Assembly: GCA_963699725.1 (NCBI GenBank)
Contig: CAVOVA010000020.1
Coordinates: forward strand, 6,442-70,441
DNA: 64,000 nucleotides
Source: an uncultured Thermoleophilia bacterium
GTDB taxonomy: Bacteria > Actinomycetota > Thermoleophilia > UBA2241
Direction: 5' to 3'
The notes below the pieces were generated by a model. It was not told the DNA's origin. It saw nothing but the letters and a program-made list of their open reading frames with translations, and did not search any database. The translations under genes were made by a program, and so were the position numbers. This document shows positions 20,640-28,583 of the stretch, in pieces. The stretch's first letter is position 1. Each line of letters starts with the position of its first letter.

Positions 20640-23600
20640 TCAGCGGGCCGGCGGGAGCGCCGGCTGTGCGATCGTCGGTATGCGTCCGAGGAAGATGTTG
20701 CCCGTGCGGCCGTCGATGGACACCCAATCGCCCACCTCGATCGTCTGGCCGGCCAGGCGAACCGTACCCAACGTCTCGAGGACTTCGAGATCCTCGCACT
20801 CGACGACCGCGGTCTTGCCCAGGCGCTTGGCGGTGACGGCGGCGTGCGACGTGGTGCCGCCGCGGGCCGTGAGGATGCCGCTGACACGTGTGATCATGCC
20901 GATGTCTTCCGGCACCGTGTCCGGGCGCAGGAGCACGATGTTCTCATCCGGGGCCTCAGCCAGCAGACGGTCGATCTGCTCGGCATCGACGGCGGCACGG
21001 CCCGAGTAGGCGCCGCCGGCGACGCCCATCCCCACGGCGACCGGCGGCCCGTAGTTGGGCGACGCCGTGTCGAAGTAGGCGGCGTCGCGCGTCTGCTCCT
21101 GCACGGCCGAACGTTTCTGCAGCACGTACAAGTCAGACGCGGCCGGCGACTCGAAGGTGAACTCGATCTCCTGGGGATCGAACTCACGCTCGCCGACGAG
21201 GTCGCGCGCGACCGTCAGGAGCTGCTGGTAGATGTCGGGGAAGTCCCGCTCCAGCGAGTGCTCCGTGCCGCGGTAGGTGGCACTGCCCAGCCGCTGCGCC
21301 TCCGAGATCGGCCACGGGAACACGAGACCGCCGACGAGGTCCTCACCCTGGCTGCGCACGGCGAAATCGCCGAAGAGGCGGACCTGACGGCTGTATGGTT
21401 CGAGCGGGTTGTTGGTGAAGGTGACGCCCGAGCCGGACTCCCGGCTGAGGTTGCCGAACACCATGCGCTGCACGACCACCGCCGTCCCCCACTCCTCGGC
21501 GACCCCGATGTACTGCCGGTAGAAGCGGGCCGGCGCCGAGTCCCAGGAGTCGAGCACCTTGCGCAGGCAGGCGATGACCTGGGCGAACGGCTCGTCGACG
21601 AACACGACGCCGTGGTCGCGGGCGCGCGACTTGTAGGCGAAGGCGATCTCCTTCATCTGCTCGGGCATGAAGTCGACCTTCTGCCCGACCCCGTAGCGTG
21701 ACTTGTACTCGCTCATGATGGCGTCGAAGAAGTCGCGGTCGATGCCGTAGGACATGGCCCACGACTGCAGAAAGCGGCGGTAGCTGTCCCACGCCGCCCA
21801 GGCCGTCTCCGGACGCCGTGCGAACGCCTCCGCGAGCTCGTCGTTGAGGCCGACGTTGACGAACGTGGTCATGAGGCCGGGCATCGAGATCGCCGCGCCG
21901 GAGCGGATCGAGAGCAGCAGCAGCCGACGCGGGTCACCGAGACGCAGCCCGATCCGGCGCTCGAGCGCGCTCACCGCCGCCTGCACGCGGTGGATCGTGT
22001 CGTCGTAGAGCGGTGGATACGACATGGCCGGCAGTGCGAGAAAGAGCTCGTTGCTCAGCACGAAGCCCTCCGGCACCTGGTGGCCGTACGCGGCCATCTG
22101 CTTCAGGCCGAGCCCCTTGAAGCCGAGCGTCATCTGGTCGTCGGTGCCGGGCTTGGCCCTGTGGAGCGGGGAGACCAGCCGTTCCGGGTCGTAGTTCATC
22201 ATCCGCGTCAGCCCGCGTTCGTCGAGGCGGCCGTTCAGCATCGAGATCTGGCGGAGCGCCGCGGACACGTAGCGGTCGAGCGACTGCAGCCCGAGGCCGG
22301 ACACGAGCACGTCGCGCAGCACCATCTCGGCGACGGCGTCCACGGGCAGGCCCCGCGCCTCGCACTGGCGCGGGTCGTTGACGAGCACGGAGTGCAGGAC
22401 CTGCTCGTGACTGAGGACCGAGGTCGACGAGAGCTCGGTCACGTTGTTGGCGAGGAACTGGAACACGTTCTGGTACTGCCGGAAGGTGAAGTTGCGGCTG
22501 GCGAACGTAGCCTCGAGCATCGCCAGGTTGGCGCCGAGCGCGCGCGAGTCGACACCGTCGACGGCGAGCGCGCGCTCGAAGCGCCGCAGCGTCGTCGCCA
22601 TGCGGCGCAGGGACGCGCGCGTCACGTAGAGCTCGATGCCCTCGGCGACGACGTCGTCGAGCAGACGGGCGACGAGACTCTCGACGCGGAAGGACAGCCC
22701 AAGGGCGTCGAACCGCGGCTCGCTGTAGTTGCCGTAGATCGAGGGGATGCCGGCGGCGATGTGCCGCTTCTGGTAGATGTTCTCGGTCGCCGGCGAAGCC
22801 GCCGGGCCGAGGATGACGGCCTTGAGTTGCTCCAGGATCGTCAGCGAGGCGTCGAGCAGCGCGTCGCGCGTGCGCGGCGCCTGCCGGGCCTGCCAGCGCG
22901 CCAGAGCGACCTCGAAGCGCTGCCGCAGCCTGCCGTCGAGCTTGAGGTCGCGGCCGACCGCCGCACCGACGTCGTCGGCGGCGAGCGAGTACTTCCGGGC
23001 GAGCAGCTGGTAGGTGCGGACGACGAGCGCCACCCGGCGCCGGGCCACGCCGGCCGGAGAACGTTCCTCCACACGGCCCCTGCCCTTCGCCGAAAGGCCA
23101 AGACGCTCGTCCAGCTGCCCGGGTGCAAGGGCCAGAAGCCCGTCCAGAGCGTCGCGGGCATCTCGGCACGACTCCTTCGCGAGCGCCGTGAGTACGTCGT
23201 GCGGCCCCTCGGCCCATTCCCGCTCGCCGCGCACTGCGGCAAGCGTGTTGGCCGACACGTAGGGCTCGAGGCCGCCGGGGTCGAGCGTCAGCCAGTAGTC
23301 CAGAACGGCGCGGCTGAACGCTACCATGCGGTTCGACGACTCCGCGTGAACCTGCTTGCGCAGGAAATGCATGAGCGTGTCGCGCCGCCCGCAGATCTCG
23401 TCGATCTGGGTCGAGACGGAGCGCAGTTCCCCCTCCGCCCCGACCTCGTTGAAATAGACCGGCAGCGTGCGCAGGAGTTGCTTGGCGACGAAGTAGATGG
23501 GCCGGATATCGGCGTTGAGAAGGCGCGTCACGTCGCGCTGGAACAGGTCCGTGTCGGCGATGAAGACGCCGCCGAGGCGCAGTTGGACGTTGAGCGCCGC

Positions 23601-24854
23601 AGCCAGCCGCTCGAAGAGGGCGGGGTTCGACTCGATGATGTGCATCCAGCAGCGGATCTTCGGCAGGTGGTACGGGTTGACGACGGTCTCCCAGTCGTCG
23701 GTGGCGCCGCGGATGTCGGGGTACTGGAACTTCCAGTACAGGATGTCCTCCATGAGGTGGTCGGCGGCCTTGACGTTGCCCGCCTCGCCAATCGCCACGC
23801 CGATGGCCTCGTAGCACTCGAAGCGCGTGAGCAGGAACTCGTTGTCGCGGTCGCGGAAGAAGGCGGTGAGGCGGGTGAGGATGCGCTCCGCGTCGGTGTG
23901 CCGGTCCGGGTGCATCATCTGTTTGACCACGCCGAGGAGGTCGGCCATCACCTCCTTCTGGCGATAGCCCAGGGTCTCGTCCTTGAGGAAGAAGAGACAG
24001 ACGGCGAACCTGTCCTCGAGGTTGTCGACGCGGAACAGCGAGTCGATGGCCGCGCCGAGGATGGCCGAGAACAGGCGGAACGCCGGCGTGAGCAGCTTCT
24101 CGTCCGGCGCCGCCTCCAGCGCCTGCAGCAGCGTCGTGAGACGTCGCTCGCTGAGAAAGGCGAACTGCCCGGCCACAGCGCCGGGATCGGTGAGATGCTC
24201 ACCCTGCCTGAGCGCCCAGGCAGGCACGTCGAGGGCGTCGCGCACCCGCTGGTAGCTCGCCTCGAGAAGGCTGCGGTACAGCGCCTGGTAGCCCGCGGCG
24301 AGCTCCGGTCGCGACGCCGCCCGCTCGATGACGTTGTGCACCAGCGTGTCCCGCTCGAGGAACTGGGCCTCGTGCTCCGGCAGCAGGCGCTGCAGCGCCG
24401 AGGCCAGCCCTGCGAGAGCCTCGTCGTAGGCGTCGGCGTGCGGTCCTGCCATCGTGTCGGCCGACCAGGTGAGCAGGGCGCGGAGGAGCAGGGAGAACTG
24501 CTCGGGCGTCAGGTCGGAATCGAGCAGGCCGACGACCAGCTCCGCGAGGAGACCGAACAACTCGAGCCGGTCCGGCGAGCGCTCGAAATACGACCAGTTG
24601 CGCAGCAAGGTCGTCTGGAAGCCGTCCACCAGCAGGTCGGCGTTGCGGAACGTGTGGAAGTACTCGCCCATCGTCTCCGCAAGCGCGGCGCGCACGCCGT
24701 GGAGACCGTCCACCGCTTCCAGCAGCGGCAGATAGCGGTCCGGGATGACCACCTCCTGCGCCGTGTTGGCGAGGTTGGCGCGCAGGGCGTCGGAGTCGAA
24801 GGGTACGGGCGAGGTCCTCACGCGTGCATGATACCGCGCCGCGCCGGTCGTCAT
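20640..24854 (-). CDS. 1404-aa protein: uncharacterised N-terminal ~900 aa + PPDK-like ATP-grasp nucleotide-binding domain + phosphohistidine swivel domain; no PEP/pyruvate TIM-barrel domain
   Basis: The C-terminal ~497 aa carry PPDK-type motifs: LLLSIRSGAAISMPGLMTTFVNVGLND, GTAVVVQRMVFGN...SGSGVTFTNNP, GEDLVGG, DPQEIEFTF...LYVLQKRS and GILTARGGTTSHAAVTAKRLGK. The ORF ends ~65 aa after the catalytic His. Confidence 0.85.
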   Translation of the reverse strand: MTTGAARYHARVRTSPVPFDSDALRANLANTAQEVVIPDRYLPLLEAVDGLHGVRAALAETMGEYFHTFRNADLLVDGFQTTLLRNWSYFERSPDRLELFGLLAELVVGLLDSDLTPEQFSLLLRALLTWSADTMAGPHADAYDEALAGLASALQRLLPEHEAQFLERDTLVHNVIERAASRPELAAGYQALYRSLLEASYQRVRDALDVPAWALRQGEHLTDPGAVAGQFAFLSERRLTTLLQALEAAPDEKLLTPAFRLFSAILGAAIDSLFRVDNLEDRFAVCLFFLKDETLGYRQKEVMADLLGVVKQMMHPDRHTDAERILTRLTAFFRDRDNEFLLTRFECYEAIGVAIGEAGNVKAADHLMEDILYWKFQYPDIRGATDDWETVVNPYHLPKIRCWMHIIESNPALFERLAAALNVQLRLGGVFIADTDLFQRDVTRLLNADIRPIYFVAKQLLRTLPVYFNEVGAEGELRSVSTQIDEICGRRDTLMHFLRKQVHAESSNRMVAFSRAVLDYWLTLDPGGLEPYVSANTLAAVRGEREWAEGPHDVLTALAKESCRDARDALDGLLALAPGQLDERLGLSAKGRGRVEERSPAGVARRRVALVVRTYQLLARKYSLAADDVGAAVGRDLKLDGRLRQRFEVALARWQARQAPRTRDALLDASLTILEQLKAVILGPAASPATENIYQKRHIAAGIPSIYGNYSEPRFDALGLSFRVESLVARLLDDVVAEGIELYVTRASLRRMATTLRRFERALAVDGVDSRALGANLAMLEATFASRNFTFRQYQNVFQFLANNVTELSSTSVLSHEQVLHSVLVNDPRQCEARGLPVDAVAEMVLRDVLVSGLGLQSLDRYVSAALRQISMLNGRLDERGLTRMMNYDPERLVSPLHRAKPGTDDQMTLGFKGLGLKQMAAYGHQVPEGFVLSNELFLALPAMSYPPLYDDTIHRVQAAVSALERRIGLRLGDPRRLLLLSIRSGAAISMPGLMTTFVNVGLNDELAEAFARRPETAWAAWDSYRRFLQSWAMSYGIDRDFFDAIMSEYKSRYGVGQKVDFMPEQMKEIAFAYKSRARDHGVVFVDEPFAQVIACLRKVLDSWDSAPARFYRQYIGVAEEWGTAVVVQRMVFGNLSRESGSGVTFTNNPLEPYSRQVRLFGDFAVRSQGEDLVGGLVFPWPISEAQRLGSATYRGTEHSLERDFPDIYQQLLTVARDLVGEREFDPQEIEFTFESPAASDLYVLQKRSAVQEQTRDAAYFDTASPNYGPPVAVGMGVAGGAYSGRAAVDAEQIDRLLAEAPDENIVLLRPDTVPEDIGMITRVSGILTARGGTTSHAAVTAKRLGKTAVVECEDLEVLETLGTVRLAGQTIEVGDWVSIDGRTGNIFLGRIPTIAQPALPPAR

Positions 24855-24983
24855 CCGTGTCCGCCAGACTGCTGCCTGCCGTTCGGACCTGCGCTAGGAT
24901 GCGGGCGACCGCACAGGCAAGCGGTATCCGGAGAGGCCCGTCCGACGGGGAGGTCCGGCGCCGCGACAGGAGGTACCGCAGGG

Positions 24984-26219
24984 ATGGGTGCACAACGGAC
25001 TCTCGGCATCAACGGTATCGGCCGCATCGGCAAGCTGACGCTCTGGCATCACCTCGGGCGGGACGACTTCGACCGCTTCATCGTCAACACAGGCCGCCCC
25101 GTGGGCACTTCGCTCGAGTCGGTGGTGCAGTATCTCTCCAAGGACTCGACGTACGGGCCGCTCCATCGCTTCCTCTTCGGCCGTTCCGGCGTCCGCGACA
25201 TGAGCGTCGTGGATGAAGAACGCGGCCTGATCAGCGCCTACGGCAAAGAGATCGTGATCCTGCGCGAGGCGCGCAACCCCAAGGACATCCCGTGGCGCGA
25301 GCACGGCGTCGCCCTGGTCGTGGACTGCACCGGCACCTTCCGCGACCCCCACGCCGACCCCGACGCGGCGCGCGGCGCGCTCCGCGGCCACCTCACGGCG
25401 GGCGCGGCCGTCGTCGTCCAGAGCTCGCCGTTCAAGAGCAGGCAGAAGGGCGTCCCTCTCCCTCCGGACGCCGCCATCCTCATCCACGGCATCAACGACT
25501 ACGAGTTCGATCCGGCGCAGCACACCCTGGTGTCGGCCGCCTCGTGCACGACGACCGCACTGGCGCACATGATCCGGCCGCTGCTCGACCGCGACCTCAC
25601 CAAGGACATGATCACCGCGGGCATGAGCACCATCCATGCGGTGACGAACTCGCAGCCGGTCCTCGACTCCGTCCCCAAAGCCGGCGCCACCGATCTGCGC
25701 AAGACGCGGGGCGCACTCGGCAACGTGGTGCTCACGTCCACCAATGCCGCGGCGGCCCTCGAGCAGGTGATGCCGGAGATCGGCACGATCGGCTTCATGG
25801 CCGACTCGGTGCGCGTACCCACCCAGAGCGTCAGCCTGATCATCCTCAACGTGACGTTCCAGAGCGAGACGCTGCCAGACGGGACCGTCTCGGTCGAACG
25901 CGAGGCCATCAACGCCATCTACCGCGCTTCCTCGGAGGGTGAGGCGAGGGGCTTGCTCAAGTACACGGACGAGCAGAACGTCTCCGGGGACATGTTGGGC
26001 GAGGACGCCGCGGTCGTCATCGAGGGCGCCGAAACGCACACGCGCACAGGCTTCGTGAACCTGCGCCTGCCGCCGTGCGCGCCCGGCGATACGGAGAGAA
26101 GGGAAACGGTGCGCGTGCCGCTCACGCACGTCAAGGTCTTCGGCTGGTACGACAACGAGATGGGCAGCTACACGTATCGGCTCGGCGAGCTCACGATCCG
26201 CGCCGCGCGAAGCATGTGA
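24984..26219 (+). CDS. Atypical GAPDH-family dehydrogenase (411 aa)
   Basis: ATG at 24984 preceded by AGGAGG. GINGIGRIGK, SAASCTTT (catalytic Cys), TIHAVTNSQ (His), DLRKTRG, VRVPT, WYDNEMGSY. Several insertions relative to the canonical Gap encoded 4.5 kb away. Confidence 0.85.
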   Translation: MGAQRTLGINGIGRIGKLTLWHHLGRDDFDRFIVNTGRPVGTSLESVVQYLSKDSTYGPLHRFLFGRSGVRDMSVVDEERGLISAYGKEIVILREARNPKDIPWREHGVALVVDCTGTFRDPHADPDAARGALRGHLTAGAAVVVQSSPFKSRQKGVPLPPDAAILIHGINDYEFDPAQHTLVSAASCTTTALAHMIRPLLDRDLTKDMITAGMSTIHAVTNSQPVLDSVPKAGATDLRKTRGALGNVVLTSTNAAAALEQVMPEIGTIGFMADSVRVPTQSVSLIILNVTFQSETLPDGTVSVEREAINAIYRASSEGEARGLLKYTDEQNVSGDMLGEDAAVVIEGAETHTRTGFVNLRLPPCAPGDTERRETVRVPLTHVKVFGWYDNEMGSYTYRLGELTIRAARSM

Positions 26220-26261
26220 GTCAGTGAGCGGTGCGCCTGTCGGCGGCCCTCGCCGGCTCGG

Positions 26262-27197
26262 CTACGAGGTCCGGTCGGCCGCCGCGCCCGCGAGGACGGC
26301 GAGCCGGCGCAGGCGGTGATTGAGCGCCGAGCGGCTCAGCGGCGGGTCGGCGATGGCGGCCAACTCCTGCAGGCTCAGGTACGGGTACTCGACGCGCAGC
26401 TCGGCGACCTCTCGCAGTCCCGCCGGCAGGCCGGCCCACTCCGGAGAGCCCATGAGCGCGCGCATGGCGGCGGCCTGCCGGGCGCCTGCCGCCGCCGCCC
26501 GCCGCGCGTTGGCGGCGTCGCAGTTGGCGAGCCGGTTGGCGCTCTCGCGGACGGTCCCGAGCACCGCGTGCTCCTCCCAGCGCAGGCACGAGTCGTGGGC
26601 GCCGAGTACGGCGAGGAGATCCGCCGCCGTCTGCCCCCGCTTGGTGTAGCAGGCGATGTTGCGCTCACGCGCCGTCAGGGAGAACGCGAGGTCGAGACGG
26701 GCGAGCAGGCGCTGCGTCTGCTCCGCGAGGCCGGCGTCCTCCACGGTGAACTCGGCGTGCACCGGCGCGCCGGGAGCCGACATCGAGCCGCAGCCGAGGA
26801 ACAGCCCGCGCAAGAAGGCCACGAGGCAGCAGCGGCGCTCGACCAGCCGCCTGGGCACGGTCATCTGGACGGTGAGGTCGTCGGAGAGCACGCCGAGCTC
26901 ATTGAGCAACTGAAGACCGCGGCCCTCGTCGCCGAGCAACACCTCGTAGCGCAGCCCGATCGGCGCGCTGTCGACGGTGCGCAGCGAGGAGTCGACGTCG
27001 AGCGGCTTGAGCAGCGCGAGCAGGTGACGGGCGATCGCGGGCAGTGTGACCGAGACGCGCACGCCGAAGTGCCGTCCGGAGCCGATCTCGAAGACGCCGG
27101 CGCCGAACAGCAGACCCGAGATCTGCGCCCGGCGGCAGTGACCCGATGTGGGCAGGATCATCCCCAGCTCGAGCTTGACGTCGCGGGTGAAGCCCAC
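26262..27197 (-). CDS. whiA: DNA-binding protein WhiA
   Basis: 311 aa, GTG start. LAGLIDADG-like N-terminal region and a C-terminal HTH (LSLQELAAIADPPLSRSALNHRLRRL). Conserved position after yvcK. Confidence 0.9.
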   Translation of the reverse strand: MGFTRDVKLELGMILPTSGHCRRAQISGLLFGAGVFEIGSGRHFGVRVSVTLPAIARHLLALLKPLDVDSSLRTVDSAPIGLRYEVLLGDEGRGLQLLNELGVLSDDLTVQMTVPRRLVERRCCLVAFLRGLFLGCGSMSAPGAPVHAEFTVEDAGLAEQTQRLLARLDLAFSLTARERNIACYTKRGQTAADLLAVLGAHDSCLRWEEHAVLGTVRESANRLANCDAANARRAAAAGARQAAAMRALMGSPEWAGLPAGLREVAELRVEYPYLSLQELAAIADPPLSRSALNHRLRRLAVLAGAAADRTS

Positions 27198-27202
27198 GCC
27201 CG

Positions 27203-28453
27203 CTACCTCACCAGGCGCAGAAGCGCCTGTGACAGGCGTTCGGAGTCGTGCCGGACGACGCCGCTCTCGGCGGCGACCGGCGCGCGGACGACCTTGACGC
27301 CGAGCGCCTTGAGACGCTCGGCGTCGACGACGACGGGGCGAGCGCCGAGGCGCCCATAGCTGGCCAGGAGCTCATCCGAGACCGGGGCGTCGTTCACGAG
27401 GATCGCATCGATCATGCCGGCGAGCCCGTGACGCTGCAGAGCGTCGAGGTGATCGCCAGCCGTGTAGCCGTCCGTCTCGCCCGGCTCGGTCATGACGTTG
27501 CAGACGTAGATGACCCAGGCGCGCGTGTCTGCGAGCGCCCGGCGCACCTCAGGCACGAGCGCGTTGGGGATGACGCTCGTATACAGGCTGCCCGGGCCGA
27601 GCACGATCAGGTCCGCCCTGGCGATCGCGGCGATCGCCTGCGGCACGCCGCGCGGCGCCTCCGGCGTCAGCCAGACGCGCCGCGGCAGCCTCGCGGCAGC
27701 CGTGATCGTGCTCTCGCCGGTCACCTGGCCGCCGTCCTCGAGCTGCGCGTGCAGCACGACATCGTCGAGCGTCGAAGGTAGCACGCGGCCGCGGACCTTG
27801 AGCACGTGGGTCGCCTCACGGACGGCGTGCTCGAAGTCGCCGGTCACCTCGGCGAGAGCCGCCATGAAGAGGTTGCCGAAGCTGTGTCCCTGCAAGCCCC
27901 CCTCAGCGGGGAAGCGATACTTGAACAGCTGGCTCATCATCGACTCGTCGTCGGCCAGGGCGACCAGGCAGTTGCGCAGGTCGCCGGGCGGCGGCATTCC
28001 CATGTCCCGGCGCAGCAGCCCTGAGCTGCCGCCGTCGTCGGCCATCGTCACCACGGCGGTCAGGTTGCTGCTGTGCGCTTTGAGTCCGCTGAGGAGCGCC
28101 GCGAGGCCGCTTCCTCCGCCGATCGCCACAACGCGCGGCCCTCGCGCCAGCCTGCCTGCGGCACGGATCTCGCTCGCCGTCTCCGGCGTCGTCTTCCGGA
28201 ACATCCACACGCGGCCAGCCCCGTAGGCCAGAGCAAAGGCGCCGACCGCCATCCCGTCGATCGACAGCAGCAGGGCAGCCCAGTGCCGGTTCTCGAGCCA
28301 GCCCATGCCGAGCCCTCGCATGAGCTGCGGCGACCACAGCACACCTATGGCGAAGATCGCCGAGTAGACGAGGAGCACGCCGCCGGCGCCGGCCAGAAGG
28401 ACCCAGCGTTTGATCCCCAGACCCGGGGCGAGCCACTCGAGAGATCGCGGCAT
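27203..28453 (-). CDS. yvcK: YvcK/CuvA-family (UPF0052, CofD-like) gluconeogenesis factor with an N-terminal membrane anchor
   Basis: 416 aa. VVAIGGGSGL motif and a CofD-like core, preceded by ~90 aa containing two hydrophobic helices. Confidence 0.88.
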   Translation of the reverse strand: MPRSLEWLAPGLGIKRWVLLAGAGGVLLVYSAIFAIGVLWSPQLMRGLGMGWLENRHWAALLLSIDGMAVGAFALAYGAGRVWMFRKTTPETASEIRAAGRLARGPRVVAIGGGSGLAALLSGLKAHSSNLTAVVTMADDGGSSGLLRRDMGMPPPGDLRNCLVALADDESMMSQLFKYRFPAEGGLQGHSFGNLFMAALAEVTGDFEHAVREATHVLKVRGRVLPSTLDDVVLHAQLEDGGQVTGESTITAAARLPRRVWLTPEAPRGVPQAIAAIARADLIVLGPGSLYTSVIPNALVPEVRRALADTRAWVIYVCNVMTEPGETDGYTAGDHLDALQRHGLAGMIDAILVNDAPVSDELLASYGRLGARPVVVDAERLKALGVKVVRAPVAAESGVVRHDSERLSQALLRLVR

Positions 28454-28456
28454 CGG

Positions 28457-28583
28457 TCAGTCCATCAGTTCATCTCGCGTTGGGCCCTTGCGGGCCGCGC
28501 GTCGCTCACTGGTTCTTCGTTCATTAGTCCGCCTCGCTGTCGGCCTGACGGCCGGCGAGTCGCTCAATAGCGCTTCCGTCCAT
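28457..28583 (-). other. Chain of three stop/start-overlapped mini-ORFs (19, 19 and 2 codons) filling the rapZ-yvcK spacer
   Basis: Read by hand. rapZ TAAtg -> MDGSAIERLAGRQADSEAD (28524..28583). TAAtg -> MNEEPVSDARPARAQREMN (28465..28524). TGAtg -> MD (28457..28465). Then 3 nt and the yvcK ATG. The motif GGACTAATG(A/G)ACG is repeated. Confidence 0.3.

Noticed and set aside
21990-24983. Upstream ~1000 codons of the 1409-aa plus-strand ORF that ends as the GAPDH-like gene
   Set aside because: This part is antisense to the PPDK-like gene and is low-complexity. A strong AGGAGG-ATG start at 24984 coincides with the GAPDH N-terminal Rossmann motif.
24984-26219. Second gap gene as a decaying duplicate or pseudogene
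   Set aside because: The frame is intact with a good RBS and all catalytic residues retained, so it is treated as a functional divergent paralogue.
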